This document shows positions 16,807 to 24,389 of a DNA stretch of 64,000 bases, in pieces. The notes below the pieces were generated by a model. It made no database searches and had not been told where the DNA came from. It was given only the letters and a program-made list of their open reading frames with translations. The translations under genes were made by a program, and so were the position numbers. Source of the DNA: Solirubrobacterales bacterium (GTDB taxonomy: Bacteria; Actinomycetota; Thermoleophilia; Solirubrobacterales; 70-9); NCBI GenBank assembly GCA_044464425.1, contig JBIQLL010000013.1, positions 648 to 64,647 of the forward strand, read 5' to 3'. The first letter of the stretch is position 1. Each line of letters starts with the position of its first letter.

Positions 16807-17567
16807 CCTTGCTGGCCCTGCTCCTTATTTCATTCGGCTTGACTGACATCGCATGGTCGGCCGCCGGCGCAGCCCGTCGACCCGGCATGGGGAATGTGTG
16901 GGAACCGGCGGTCGGGCTGTCGGCCGCAGTCGGAACGGCTGGATCACTTGGAGTGTCGGGCTCCAGTTTGGCCTTGATTGCGGTGGGTCTCACCCTCGCG
17001 ACCGGGTTTTGGTGGTACCTCGGGAAGGCCGACACTCCCGCACGTTCGTGGCTACTGCTTGCCTTCATCGGTACGTGTTCGCTCCTCGCCCTGGTCGCCG
17101 GCGGTTTTGTCGCGATCCCAGGAGGGTGGGCGGGAGATTGGTACGGCGGATGGGACTGGAGCCTCACTGGCTCCGCGTCACTTCAGCAAGCCATACTTCT
17201 TGTGGCAGCGTTGCTGTTCTCCGTCGCGTCTGCCAATCGAGTCGTTTCAGCGACCCTCTGGATTGCCGGCACGCCACCCCAGCGTGGCGAGGTAAGGCTG
17301 AAGGGTGGCCGGGTCTTGGGACCGATGGAAAGGTGGATTGTCATGGCGATGATCCTGGGCGGACAGCCGGCCGGCGTGGCTATCGTGTTCGCCGCGAAAG
17401 GGCTGCTTCGGTTTCCGACGCTGAGTTCGGGAAGTGAATTACCTGCCGAGGGTGGGGCCGACAGCGCCTGGAGCAGCGCCGAGTATTCGGAGTACTTCCT
17501 GGTCGGGACGTTCGCGTCGCTGATCGTTGCCGCAGTCCTTGCAGTGGTGGTATTAGCGGTTAGCTGA
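16803..17567 (+). CDS. Polytopic membrane protein (possible SatE/DUF3307-like partner)
   Basis: GTG start has a 4-nt overlap with the upstream stop. At least 6 hydrophobic segments. Family assignment is tentative. Confidence 0.5.
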   Translation: MTLLALLLISFGLTDIAWSAAGAARRPGMGNVWEPAVGLSAAVGTAGSLGVSGSSLALIAVGLTLATGFWWYLGKADTPARSWLLLAFIGTCSLLALVAGGFVAIPGGWAGDWYGGWDWSLTGSASLQQAILLVAALLFSVASANRVVSATLWIAGTPPQRGEVRLKGGRVLGPMERWIVMAMILGGQPAGVAIVFAAKGLLRFPTLSSGSELPAEGGADSAWSSAEYSEYFLVGTFASLIVAAVLAVVVLAVS

Positions 17568-17593
17568 TAAACCTAGGAAAATAAGCGAATTAC

Positions 17594-18457
17594 TTATGAA
17601 TCGTCGCGCTGCTTGAGGAACTTCTGGAACTCGAGGGCGAGGGCGTCGCCGCTCGGAACGTCTTCCTCGGAGCCGTGGCGACCGCGTTGCTCGTTCTCGA
17701 TTCGCTCGACCAGCTCCTCGACCTCGGGGTCGGCGGCCACCGCCCGGCCGATCTGCTCGTCGTAGGTGATCGTCTCGTCCTCGAGCCCGGAGATGTCGGC
17801 GGCGACGCGGGTGATCGATTCGAGCTTCTCGCTCAGGGCCAGAGCCGCCTTCGGGTTCGGCACTGCGGCGACGTAATGGGGCACGGCCGCCCAGAGGGAA
17901 ACCGAAGGCAGGCCGGCGGCCCGGCAACGGTCGTGGATCACGCCGACGATCCCGGTCGGCCCTTCGTAATCCGAACGTTCGAGATCGAGGCTGCGGACCG
18001 TCGACTCGTCGGTCGAGACGCCGGTGATCGGCACCGGCAGCGTGTGCGCCACCTCGGCGATCAATGATCCGAGCACGACGACCATCTGGACGTCGAGCTG
18101 CTCGGCCACCTGCACCACCATCTCGGAGTAGGTCCGCCACTTGAGGTTCGGTTCGGTTCCGTCGAGCAGGATCAGGTCGCGTTCCGCTCCCTGGGCGCGG
18201 GCGGCGATGAAAGTGTTGGCCGGCCAATCGATCCGGCGATGAGCGCCTTCGACCAGGCGGATGGTCGGCCGGTTGGCCTGGAAGTCATAGAAGTCCTCGG
18301 GGTCGACCTCGGCCAGAACGTCGACCTCGAGCGAGTCGGCGAGGGTCTCCAGGGCGGCGGATGCCGCGCTGGCCGCATCGTTCCATCCCCGGAAGGCGCA
18401 GACCAGCATCGGGTCGCGCAGTTTCGGTGGGTTCATCTCCCAGCGGAGTTGGTCCAT
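17594..18457 (-). CDS. PAC2 (proteasome assembly chaperone 2-like) family protein
   Basis: LRDPMLVCAFRGWNDAASAASAA and overall colinearity with actinobacterial PAC2 proteins. Confidence 0.8.
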   Translation of the reverse strand: MDQLRWEMNPPKLRDPMLVCAFRGWNDAASAASAALETLADSLEVDVLAEVDPEDFYDFQANRPTIRLVEGAHRRIDWPANTFIAARAQGAERDLILLDGTEPNLKWRTYSEMVVQVAEQLDVQMVVVLGSLIAEVAHTLPVPITGVSTDESTVRSLDLERSDYEGPTGIVGVIHDRCRAAGLPSVSLWAAVPHYVAAVPNPKAALALSEKLESITRVAADISGLEDETITYDEQIGRAVAADPEVEELVERIENEQRGRHGSEEDVPSGDALALEFQKFLKQRDDS

Positions 18458-18513
18458 TTGTTCAATGTAGCCGACCCGCCCCGTCGGCCCGCCCGTCTGG
18501 GGCTTTGGTCAGG

Positions 18514-19410
18514 ATGTGGTCGATGGAAGCCACCGCCCGGAACGGAACCCCGCTGGTCGAGCTGACCCCTGGGCAGAGTTTCAGCGGCCGCTACGCCTGC
18601 GCCCGCAAGGACCGGCTCACCGCGAAGAACGGCTCGGCCTACCTGGCGCTCGAGCTGCGCGACCGGACCGGCTCCCTGCCCGCCCGCATCTTCCGTGACC
18701 CCGACCGGATCGGGATCACCTTCGAACGCGGTGACGTGATCGCGGTGAAGGGGCGGGTCGAACAGTTCCGCGGCCAGCTCTCGGCCGAGCTCGAAGAGGT
18801 GGACCGGGTCGATCCGGCCGAGATCGATCCGGCCGACTTCCTGCCTACCGCCTACCGGGACCGCGACGAGCTCGAGGGCTTTCTCGAACACCTCGCCCGT
18901 GAGGTCCACCACTCCGGCTACCGGGCGGTGGTCGAGGATCTGCTCTTCACCGGCGAGACGGCGGAGGCATTCCGACTCGCACCCTGCACCCGGGGCGGCC
19001 ACCACGCCTACATCGGCGGACTCTCGGAACACACGGTCGCGGTCGGCACCCTGGTCACCGAGACCTGCGTACTCCACCCGAAGCTGAACTCGGACCTGCT
19101 GATGGCGGCGGCCTTGATCCATGACATCGGCAAGACCGGCGAGTTCACCTACGGGGCGGAGATCGGCCTGAGCGAACGGGGCCGAAGCCTCGGCCACCTG
19201 CAGATCGGGGCGGAGCTGATCGGGGCCGCCGGCAAGCGGGCCGGCCTCGAGCCCGCCGAGCGAGACACGCTGCTCTCAACCGTGATGTGCCACCACGGCA
19301 CCGACCCGCTCCGGCTGCGCCAGTTCCCCTCGGCCGAGGCGATCGCCCTCTACCGCCTCAACGCGCTCGACGCCCAGGTCAAGACCGCGCTCGAGCACGG
19401 CCTGGGCTGA
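18514..19410 (+). CDS. OB-fold plus HD-domain phosphohydrolase (YhaM-like 3'-5' exoribonuclease family)
   Basis: OB part KNGSAYLALELRDRTGSLPARIF. HD part HHAYIGGLSEHT...AALIHDIGK. The start is either 18514 or 18523. Confidence 0.75.
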   Translation: MWSMEATARNGTPLVELTPGQSFSGRYACARKDRLTAKNGSAYLALELRDRTGSLPARIFRDPDRIGITFERGDVIAVKGRVEQFRGQLSAELEEVDRVDPAEIDPADFLPTAYRDRDELEGFLEHLAREVHHSGYRAVVEDLLFTGETAEAFRLAPCTRGGHHAYIGGLSEHTVAVGTLVTETCVLHPKLNSDLLMAAALIHDIGKTGEFTYGAEIGLSERGRSLGHLQIGAELIGAAGKRAGLEPAERDTLLSTVMCHHGTDPLRLRQFPSAEAIALYRLNALDAQVKTALEHGLG

Positions 19411-19414
19411 GCGT

Positions 19415-20698
19415 TCAGGCCTCGTCGAGCTCCTTGAACTTCTCGGCCATCGTCGGGTTGCTCCGGGTCAGCTTCTTGATCGAGACGTCCTGCGCCTTGT
19501 CGTTGGCAAGACGCAGGTTGTTGGCGGACTTGAGCAGCGAGCTCTTGGTCTTCTCCAGGTTCTTGATCGACTTGTCGATCTCGTTGATCGCGTCCTCGAA
19601 CTGGCGCGAAGCGAGACCGTAGTTGCGCTGGAAGCCGGTCTTGAAGGTCTCCAGCTTCTCCTCGAAGTTGGTGATGTCGATGTTCTGGGCCCTGACCTGG
19701 GCCAGTTCGGATTTGAGCTTCAAGGTCTTGAAGGCCTCGTTGCGGATCAGGGTGATGATCGGGATGAAGAACTGCGGCCGGACCACATACATCCTCGGGT
19801 AGAGATGTGAGACGTCGACGATGCCGGCGTTGTAGAGCTCGTTCTCCGGCTCCAGCAGCGAAACCAGCACGGCGTACTCGCAGCCCTTCTCGGTCCGGTC
19901 GTTGTCGAGCTTCCGGAAGAAGTCCTCGTTCTTCTTCTTGTTGGCGCCCTCGTCGAGCTCGTTCTTCATCTCGAACATGATCGAGACGAACTCGGTGCCC
20001 GATTCGTCGGACTCGCGAAAGATGAAGTCGCCCTTGGTGCCGGCGCTCGCGTCGTTGTCCTTCCCGAAGTCCGCGTTCGGGAACGCGGCGGCCCGAATCT
20101 TGTTGAACTCGATCTCGCAGTGCTGCTCCAGGGTCTCGCCGACCATCTTGGTGGACAGCTTCGCCTTCATGTCCTTCAGGCGGTCGATTGTGTCGTCGCG
20201 ATCCCTGAGCTGGATCTCGAACTTCTCTGTGAGCGACTTTTCACGCAGCTTCTGCTCGGTTTCCCGTGAATCGAGATCCCGCCTGAGGTCGTCGCGCTCC
20301 TTCTCGACACCGCTCAGGGCTTCCTTCAGGGCCAGCTTGCCGGCCACATCCGCCTTCTCGAGCTCCGCCTTGAGGCGTTCGATCTCGGCGTCCTTCCTGG
20401 CGGCTTCGTCTTTCAGCTCTCCGGCGGCCTTGGCCTGGGCCAGCTCACCGCTCGTCTTCAGCTCCTCCTTGAGACGTTCGATTTCCAGGTTTTTCGCGGC
20501 AGCGACGTCCTTGAGCTGGCTCGCGACCTTGGTCTCGGCCAGCTCGATCGCATTCTTCTTTTCCTGCTCGGCGAGTTCCAGCCGCTCATGGAGGGCCTTG
20601 TCGAAGGCTTCGTCGCGTACCTGGTTCAGGATGTCCGCGTAACCGGCCTCGTCAATGTTGAAAGCTTTTCCGCAATGCGGGCACTTGATCTCGTGCAT
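19415..20698 (-). CDS. DUF2130-family protein (N-terminal zinc ribbon, long coiled coil, C-terminal nuclease-like core)
   Basis: MHEIKCPHCGKAFNIDEAGYADILNQVRD is the characteristic DUF2130 N-terminus. C-terminus has GDFIFRE...IMFEMKNE. Confidence 0.8.
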   Translation of the reverse strand: MHEIKCPHCGKAFNIDEAGYADILNQVRDEAFDKALHERLELAEQEKKNAIELAETKVASQLKDVAAAKNLEIERLKEELKTSGELAQAKAAGELKDEAARKDAEIERLKAELEKADVAGKLALKEALSGVEKERDDLRRDLDSRETEQKLREKSLTEKFEIQLRDRDDTIDRLKDMKAKLSTKMVGETLEQHCEIEFNKIRAAAFPNADFGKDNDASAGTKGDFIFRESDESGTEFVSIMFEMKNELDEGANKKKNEDFFRKLDNDRTEKGCEYAVLVSLLEPENELYNAGIVDVSHLYPRMYVVRPQFFIPIITLIRNEAFKTLKLKSELAQVRAQNIDITNFEEKLETFKTGFQRNYGLASRQFEDAINEIDKSIKNLEKTKSSLLKSANNLRLANDKAQDVSIKKLTRSNPTMAEKFKELDEA

Positions 20699-20793
20699 TT
20701 CCGGTCTCCTTTCTCGTTTGGCCGGCAGCCTCCGGAGGTTAGGCGTTGGTCATGATGTTCAGAGGAAGTCGGCTGGGGGAGCCGGTTCTGACA

Positions 20794-21207
20794 TCACTCC
20801 TCGATATTCGGGCGTCTCCGGGAGCGCTTGACCTCGGAGTGGCGGCGCTTCGAATCGAGACGCTTCTGCTTCGAGGCCCGGGTCGGCTTCGTGGCCCGTC
20901 GGCGACGGGGAACGGTCAACGCGCCGGCGAGCTTGGACTCGAGGCGCTCGAGGGCGAGGTCGCGATTGCGGGTCTGGGACCGCGCGTCCTGGCTCACCGC
21001 GGTCACGACCGGGCCCAGCTTGCGGACGATCCTGGCCTTCTGGGCCTCGTTCAGGGCCAGCGAGCGTTCGACCTCGAAGACCGCCTCGATCCGGGAGGCG
21101 GTCACGTTGGCGTGCTGGCCGCCCGGCCCGGACGAGCGCGAGGCCCGCAGGGTGACCTCGCCGACCGGGATGAACGGGCCGCCGCGAGGACGGAGGCCCG
21201 GCTTCAT
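20794..21207 (-). CDS. arfB: Alternative ribosome-rescue factor / peptidyl-tRNA hydrolase ArfB
   Basis: SSGPGGQHANVTASRIE (GGQ motif) and a basic C-terminal tail in a 137-aa protein. Confidence 0.9.
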   Translation of the reverse strand: MKPGLRPRGGPFIPVGEVTLRASRSSGPGGQHANVTASRIEAVFEVERSLALNEAQKARIVRKLGPVVTAVSQDARSQTRNRDLALERLESKLAGALTVPRRRRATKPTRASKQKRLDSKRRHSEVKRSRRRPNIEE

Positions 21208-21611
21208 CGGGAAGCACCGGGATCGGCGGCCGGTGGCTCGGGCCGTTCCTCCTTGAAGACGCGCTTCAGGAGTCGCCAGGCCATGTACAGCGCAAGCATG
21301 GCGAAGCCGATTCTGAGCGCCCGTTCCGGCACCGCGTTCGAGATCACCACCCCGGCCAGCACGCCGAGCGGGGAAAGCAGGCCGATCACCGCGGCGTCCT
21401 TCAGGTTGACGTTGCCGTAGCCGACCTGCCGCCAGGTTCCGACCAGCGAGACGAGGGCGATCATCATCAGCGAGGTCGCCTCCGCTTCAACCTGGCCCTT
21501 GGCCAGCACCAGGGTCATTGCCGGCACGAAGACGATCCCGCCGCCAACTCCGATCACTCCCGCGATCATCCCGCCGATCAGGCAGATCGCGCAGGCGAGG
21601 GCGATGTCCAT
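21204..21611 (-). CDS. TauE/SafE-family anion exporter, C-terminal half-size protein
   Basis: MDIALACAICLIGGMIAGVIGVGGGIVFVPAM. About 4 TM segments. Start overlaps the upstream half-gene stop by 1 nt. Stop overlaps the arfB start. Confidence 0.7.
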   Translation of the reverse strand: MDIALACAICLIGGMIAGVIGVGGGIVFVPAMTLVLAKGQVEAEATSLMMIALVSLVGTWRQVGYGNVNLKDAAVIGLLSPLGVLAGVVISNAVPERALRIGFAMLALYMAWRLLKRVFKEERPEPPAADPGASR

Positions 21612-21976
21612 CAGCCCACCACCATCTCGATCGCGACCGCGATCAGAAGCACGGCGAAGACGACGGAGACGGAACGTTCCGGGATTCTCTGCTGGAGCCA
21701 GGTGCCGCCGATCACGCCGAGGATCGCCGGCACGGCCAGGATCAGGCCGGTCCCGAGATCGACGTTGCCGTAGATCCCGCCCTGCATCACGGCGGCGAGC
21801 AGCGCGATGATGATGATCGCGGCCAGGCTGGTGCCGGTGGCGAGCCGCTCGCCGTAGGCGAAAAGGGCGATCAGCATCGGCACGATCACGGTGCCACCGC
21901 CGACCCCGAACAGCCCGCTGAACGCGCCGGCCAACGTCCCGATCATGCCCAGACCCCAGATGTGGCGCGAATCCAT
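21611..21976 (-). CDS. TauE/SafE-family anion exporter, N-terminal half-size protein
   Basis: GTLAGAFSGLFGVGGGTVIVPML. About 4 TM segments. 121 aa. Confidence 0.7.
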   Translation of the reverse strand: MDSRHIWGLGMIGTLAGAFSGLFGVGGGTVIVPMLIALFAYGERLATGTSLAAIIIIALLAAVMQGGIYGNVDLGTGLILAVPAILGVIGGTWLQQRIPERSVSVVFAVLLIAVAIEMVVG

Positions 21977-22035
21977 GGCGCGATACTAGGACGGATTCCG
22001 AGGGCAAGTTGTGCCGCCGGGATAGTCTCTCGGGC

Positions 22036-22857
22036 ATGGCCGCTCCGGATTCGCCCCTCTCGCTGCTGCTGGAAGACCCTTTGCGGTCCGCACTCATGAG
22101 CGACGTAGACGGCACGCTCTGCCGGATCGTCGATCGGCCCGATCAGGCCCGCGTCCCGGCCCGGGCGCGCGAGAGCCTGGAAGTCCTGGCCGACCACCTC
22201 GCGCTGGTCGCCTGCATCACCGGCCGTCCGTCACCCGTCGCGCGAGAGATGGTCGGCGCCGAGAAGATCACCTACTTCGGCAACCACGGGCTCAGCTACA
22301 TCAAGCCCGGCCAGGAGCGGCCGACCGTGGTGATCGAAGGCGAGGAGGCCGAGCGGGCGAGGAACTTCATCCGCGAGAACGACAACCCGTTCTGGGTTAC
22401 GGCCAAGATCCGGGTCGAGGACAAGGGGCCGATTCAGGCTCTGCACTGGCGGGGTGCCGGCCGTCGCACCGAAGAGCTGGTCCGGGCGATCGCCGACCAT
22501 GCCCATACCGCGGGCCTCGCCACTCACTGGGGTCGCAAGGTCCTCGAGCTGCGGCCGCCGGGCATGGAAGGCAAGGCCGGCGCGGTCGACGAACTGCTCG
22601 ACGGCACCGGGATCGACACCGTCGTCTTCGCCGGTGACGACCGCACCGACCTCGAGGCGGCCCAGCGCCTGCGCCGCCTGGCCGGCGACGGTGAGCTGAA
22701 GAGCCTCTTGATCGTCGCGATCGATTCCGACGAGGGCCCGCCGGAGCTGGTCGAGATGGCCGATCTGGTGGTCGCCGAGCCGGAGGAGTGGATCGACCTG
22801 ATCGAGGATCTCGCCGGACGTTTCTCGGCCCCGCCCGCCGTCTCACAGACGGAGTAG
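22036..22857 (+). CDS. otsB: Trehalose-6-phosphate phosphatase-like HAD hydrolase
   Basis: LMSDVDGTLCRIV (DxDGT), CITGRP, FAGDDRTDLEA. The ATG at 22036 is preferred over 22009. Confidence 0.7.
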   Translation: MAAPDSPLSLLLEDPLRSALMSDVDGTLCRIVDRPDQARVPARARESLEVLADHLALVACITGRPSPVAREMVGAEKITYFGNHGLSYIKPGQERPTVVIEGEEAERARNFIRENDNPFWVTAKIRVEDKGPIQALHWRGAGRRTEELVRAIADHAHTAGLATHWGRKVLELRPPGMEGKAGAVDELLDGTGIDTVVFAGDDRTDLEAAQRLRRLAGDGELKSLLIVAIDSDEGPPELVEMADLVVAEPEEWIDLIEDLAGRFSAPPAVSQTE

Positions 22858-22860
22858 CGC

Positions 22861-23373
22861 TTGTCGTTCGCCGAGCTGCTCAGGGCGACCGTCTTCCTCA
22901 CGGCCGGGGGCGCGACCGCACTCGGCGCGATCGCCGTGATCGGGGTTCGCGACGCCGACAACACGACGATCCTGCTGATCGGCGCGGTCTGGTGGATCGT
23001 CGCCGCCTGGATCGGCCTCAGCCTCGGCGGTGCCGAACGTTCGGCCGAGTCGATGCGGGAAGCGCTGGCCGGTGCCCGCACCGTCACCACCAACTCGCCG
23101 GGCGTCTCGATGCCTTCCCCGGCCCGGGTCGCCTGGGGCCGTCTCTGGCCGATCCTCGCCGCGGTCGGCCTGGCCGGCGCGATCGGGGTGATCTACCCCG
23201 AGGTGGCGGTGGTCGGTTCCGGCTACGCACTCCTGGTCTCGCTCGCCTGGCGCAACCGGGAGTCGGCGGTGCTGGCGATCGAGGGTCGCGACGGGGTCCG
23301 CTTCCTGGTCGAGTCGGCCTCGGCTCTGAAGCCGGTCAAGCTGGTCCGCACCCCCGGCTTCCGCGCCTTCTAG
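22861..23373 (+). CDS. Hypothetical membrane protein
   Basis: TTG start 4 nt after the otsB stop. Several hydrophobic segments. High GC3. Confidence 0.5.
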   Translation: MSFAELLRATVFLTAGGATALGAIAVIGVRDADNTTILLIGAVWWIVAAWIGLSLGGAERSAESMREALAGARTVTTNSPGVSMPSPARVAWGRLWPILAAVGLAGAIGVIYPEVAVVGSGYALLVSLAWRNRESAVLAIEGRDGVRFLVESASALKPVKLVRTPGFRAF

Positions 23374-23386
23374 ACCGCACGGCGAG

Positions 23387-23431
23387 CTGGGTTCGATTCG
23401 CAGGCGTATGGGACCAGTAAGTCGAACCCAG
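23387..23431 (+). other. Stem-loop: 10-bp perfect stem CTGGGTTCGA/TCGAACCCAG with a 25-nt loop
   Basis: Read directly in the 83-nt gap between 23373 and 23457. Confidence 0.5.
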
Positions 23432-23456
23432 GTCCGGGTCGGAGTATGGTCGGGGC

Positions 23457-24377
23457 ATGGCCGATGGATGGAGTTCGATTCCCTACGAGGAGTGGCGTGA
23501 GACCCGTGACACGCTCCACGCCCATACCCAGTTTCTCGGCAAGCTCTGCGTGGAGCTCGCGCCGCCCGAGCCGCAGCTTCAGCACGCGGCCCTGCGTCAG
23601 ACCGCGCGCGGCTGGGAAACCCTGCCGCTGCCGGCGCCGAACGGTTCCGGCGCCTTCGTGGCGGCGCTTGACCTGCGTACCCACCACCTGTTGATCGAAC
23701 ACTCGGACGGGACGGGAGCGGGGATCGCGCTCGCCCCGAACCGCCCGGTCGGCGAGGTGGTTCGTGAGAGCCTGGCCGCGATCGGCGAGCTCGCCGGAAA
23801 GGTGCGGATCGATCCGTCCCCCCAGGAGGTCGCCTGGACGATCCCGCTGGACGAGGATGACGAACACCGGATCTACGACCCGGGCCAGGTCACGTCCTTC
23901 TTCGAGATGGCGACCGTCGCCGGGATGGCCCTGACCCGCTTCCGGGCTCCCTTCCGGGGCCGTTCGACCCCGCTCAACGCGTGGTGGGGCTCGTTCGACC
24001 TCGCGGTCAACCTGTTCTCGGGTCGGCCCGCCGAGCCACCCTCGGATGACTTCATCATGCGCAACGCGATGGACGCCCAGGAAGTCGCGGTCGGCTGGTG
24101 GCCCGGTGACGGCAGGTACGGCAAGCCCGCCTTCTACGCCTACGCCCACCCGCCGGAAGAGGGCTTCTCCGGCCGGGATCTCTCACCCGTGCCGGGCGGC
24201 TGGAACGACGAGCTCGGCGAGTACGTGCTCGATCACGAGCAGGCGGCGGCGAGCGGTGATCCGGAAAGAGCCGTGGTGGACTTCTGCGGCGCGATCTTCG
24301 ATCACGCGTGCAACGTGTGTGACTGGAATCCCGCCCTGGCCGCCTCGGCTGCGGGCGACCCACCGCCGATCCGGTAG
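23457..24377 (+). CDS. Conserved hypothetical protein, DUF5996-like
   Basis: N-terminal pattern W..TRDTLH..TQFLGK...L.P......H...... RG resembles DUF5996 as recalled from memory. Confidence 0.55.
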   Translation: MADGWSSIPYEEWRETRDTLHAHTQFLGKLCVELAPPEPQLQHAALRQTARGWETLPLPAPNGSGAFVAALDLRTHHLLIEHSDGTGAGIALAPNRPVGEVVRESLAAIGELAGKVRIDPSPQEVAWTIPLDEDDEHRIYDPGQVTSFFEMATVAGMALTRFRAPFRGRSTPLNAWWGSFDLAVNLFSGRPAEPPSDDFIMRNAMDAQEVAVGWWPGDGRYGKPAFYAYAHPPEEGFSGRDLSPVPGGWNDELGEYVLDHEQAAASGDPERAVVDFCGAIFDHACNVCDWNPALAASAAGDPPPIR

Positions 24378-24389
24378 GAACCTTCTAGC

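Noticed and set aside
19415-20698. The lower overall GC of the DUF2130 gene as a sign of horizontal transfer.
   Set aside because: Third codon positions are still predominantly G/C (AAG, GAG, CTC, ATC). The lower GC is explained by the Lys/Glu/Asn-rich coiled-coil composition.
20728-20737. The CCTCCGGAGG palindrome between arfB and the DUF2130 gene as a terminator or operator.
   Set aside because: It is a 10-nt loop-less palindrome of common GC-rich composition, too short to separate from chance without comparative data.
23387-23431. GGGTTCGATTC looked like a tRNA T-arm, so possibly a tRNA gene or a tRNA-derived att site.
   Set aside because: The flanking bases do not form a T-stem, acceptor stem or anticodon arm on either strand. 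The motif is simply one arm of a 10-bp inverted repeat.
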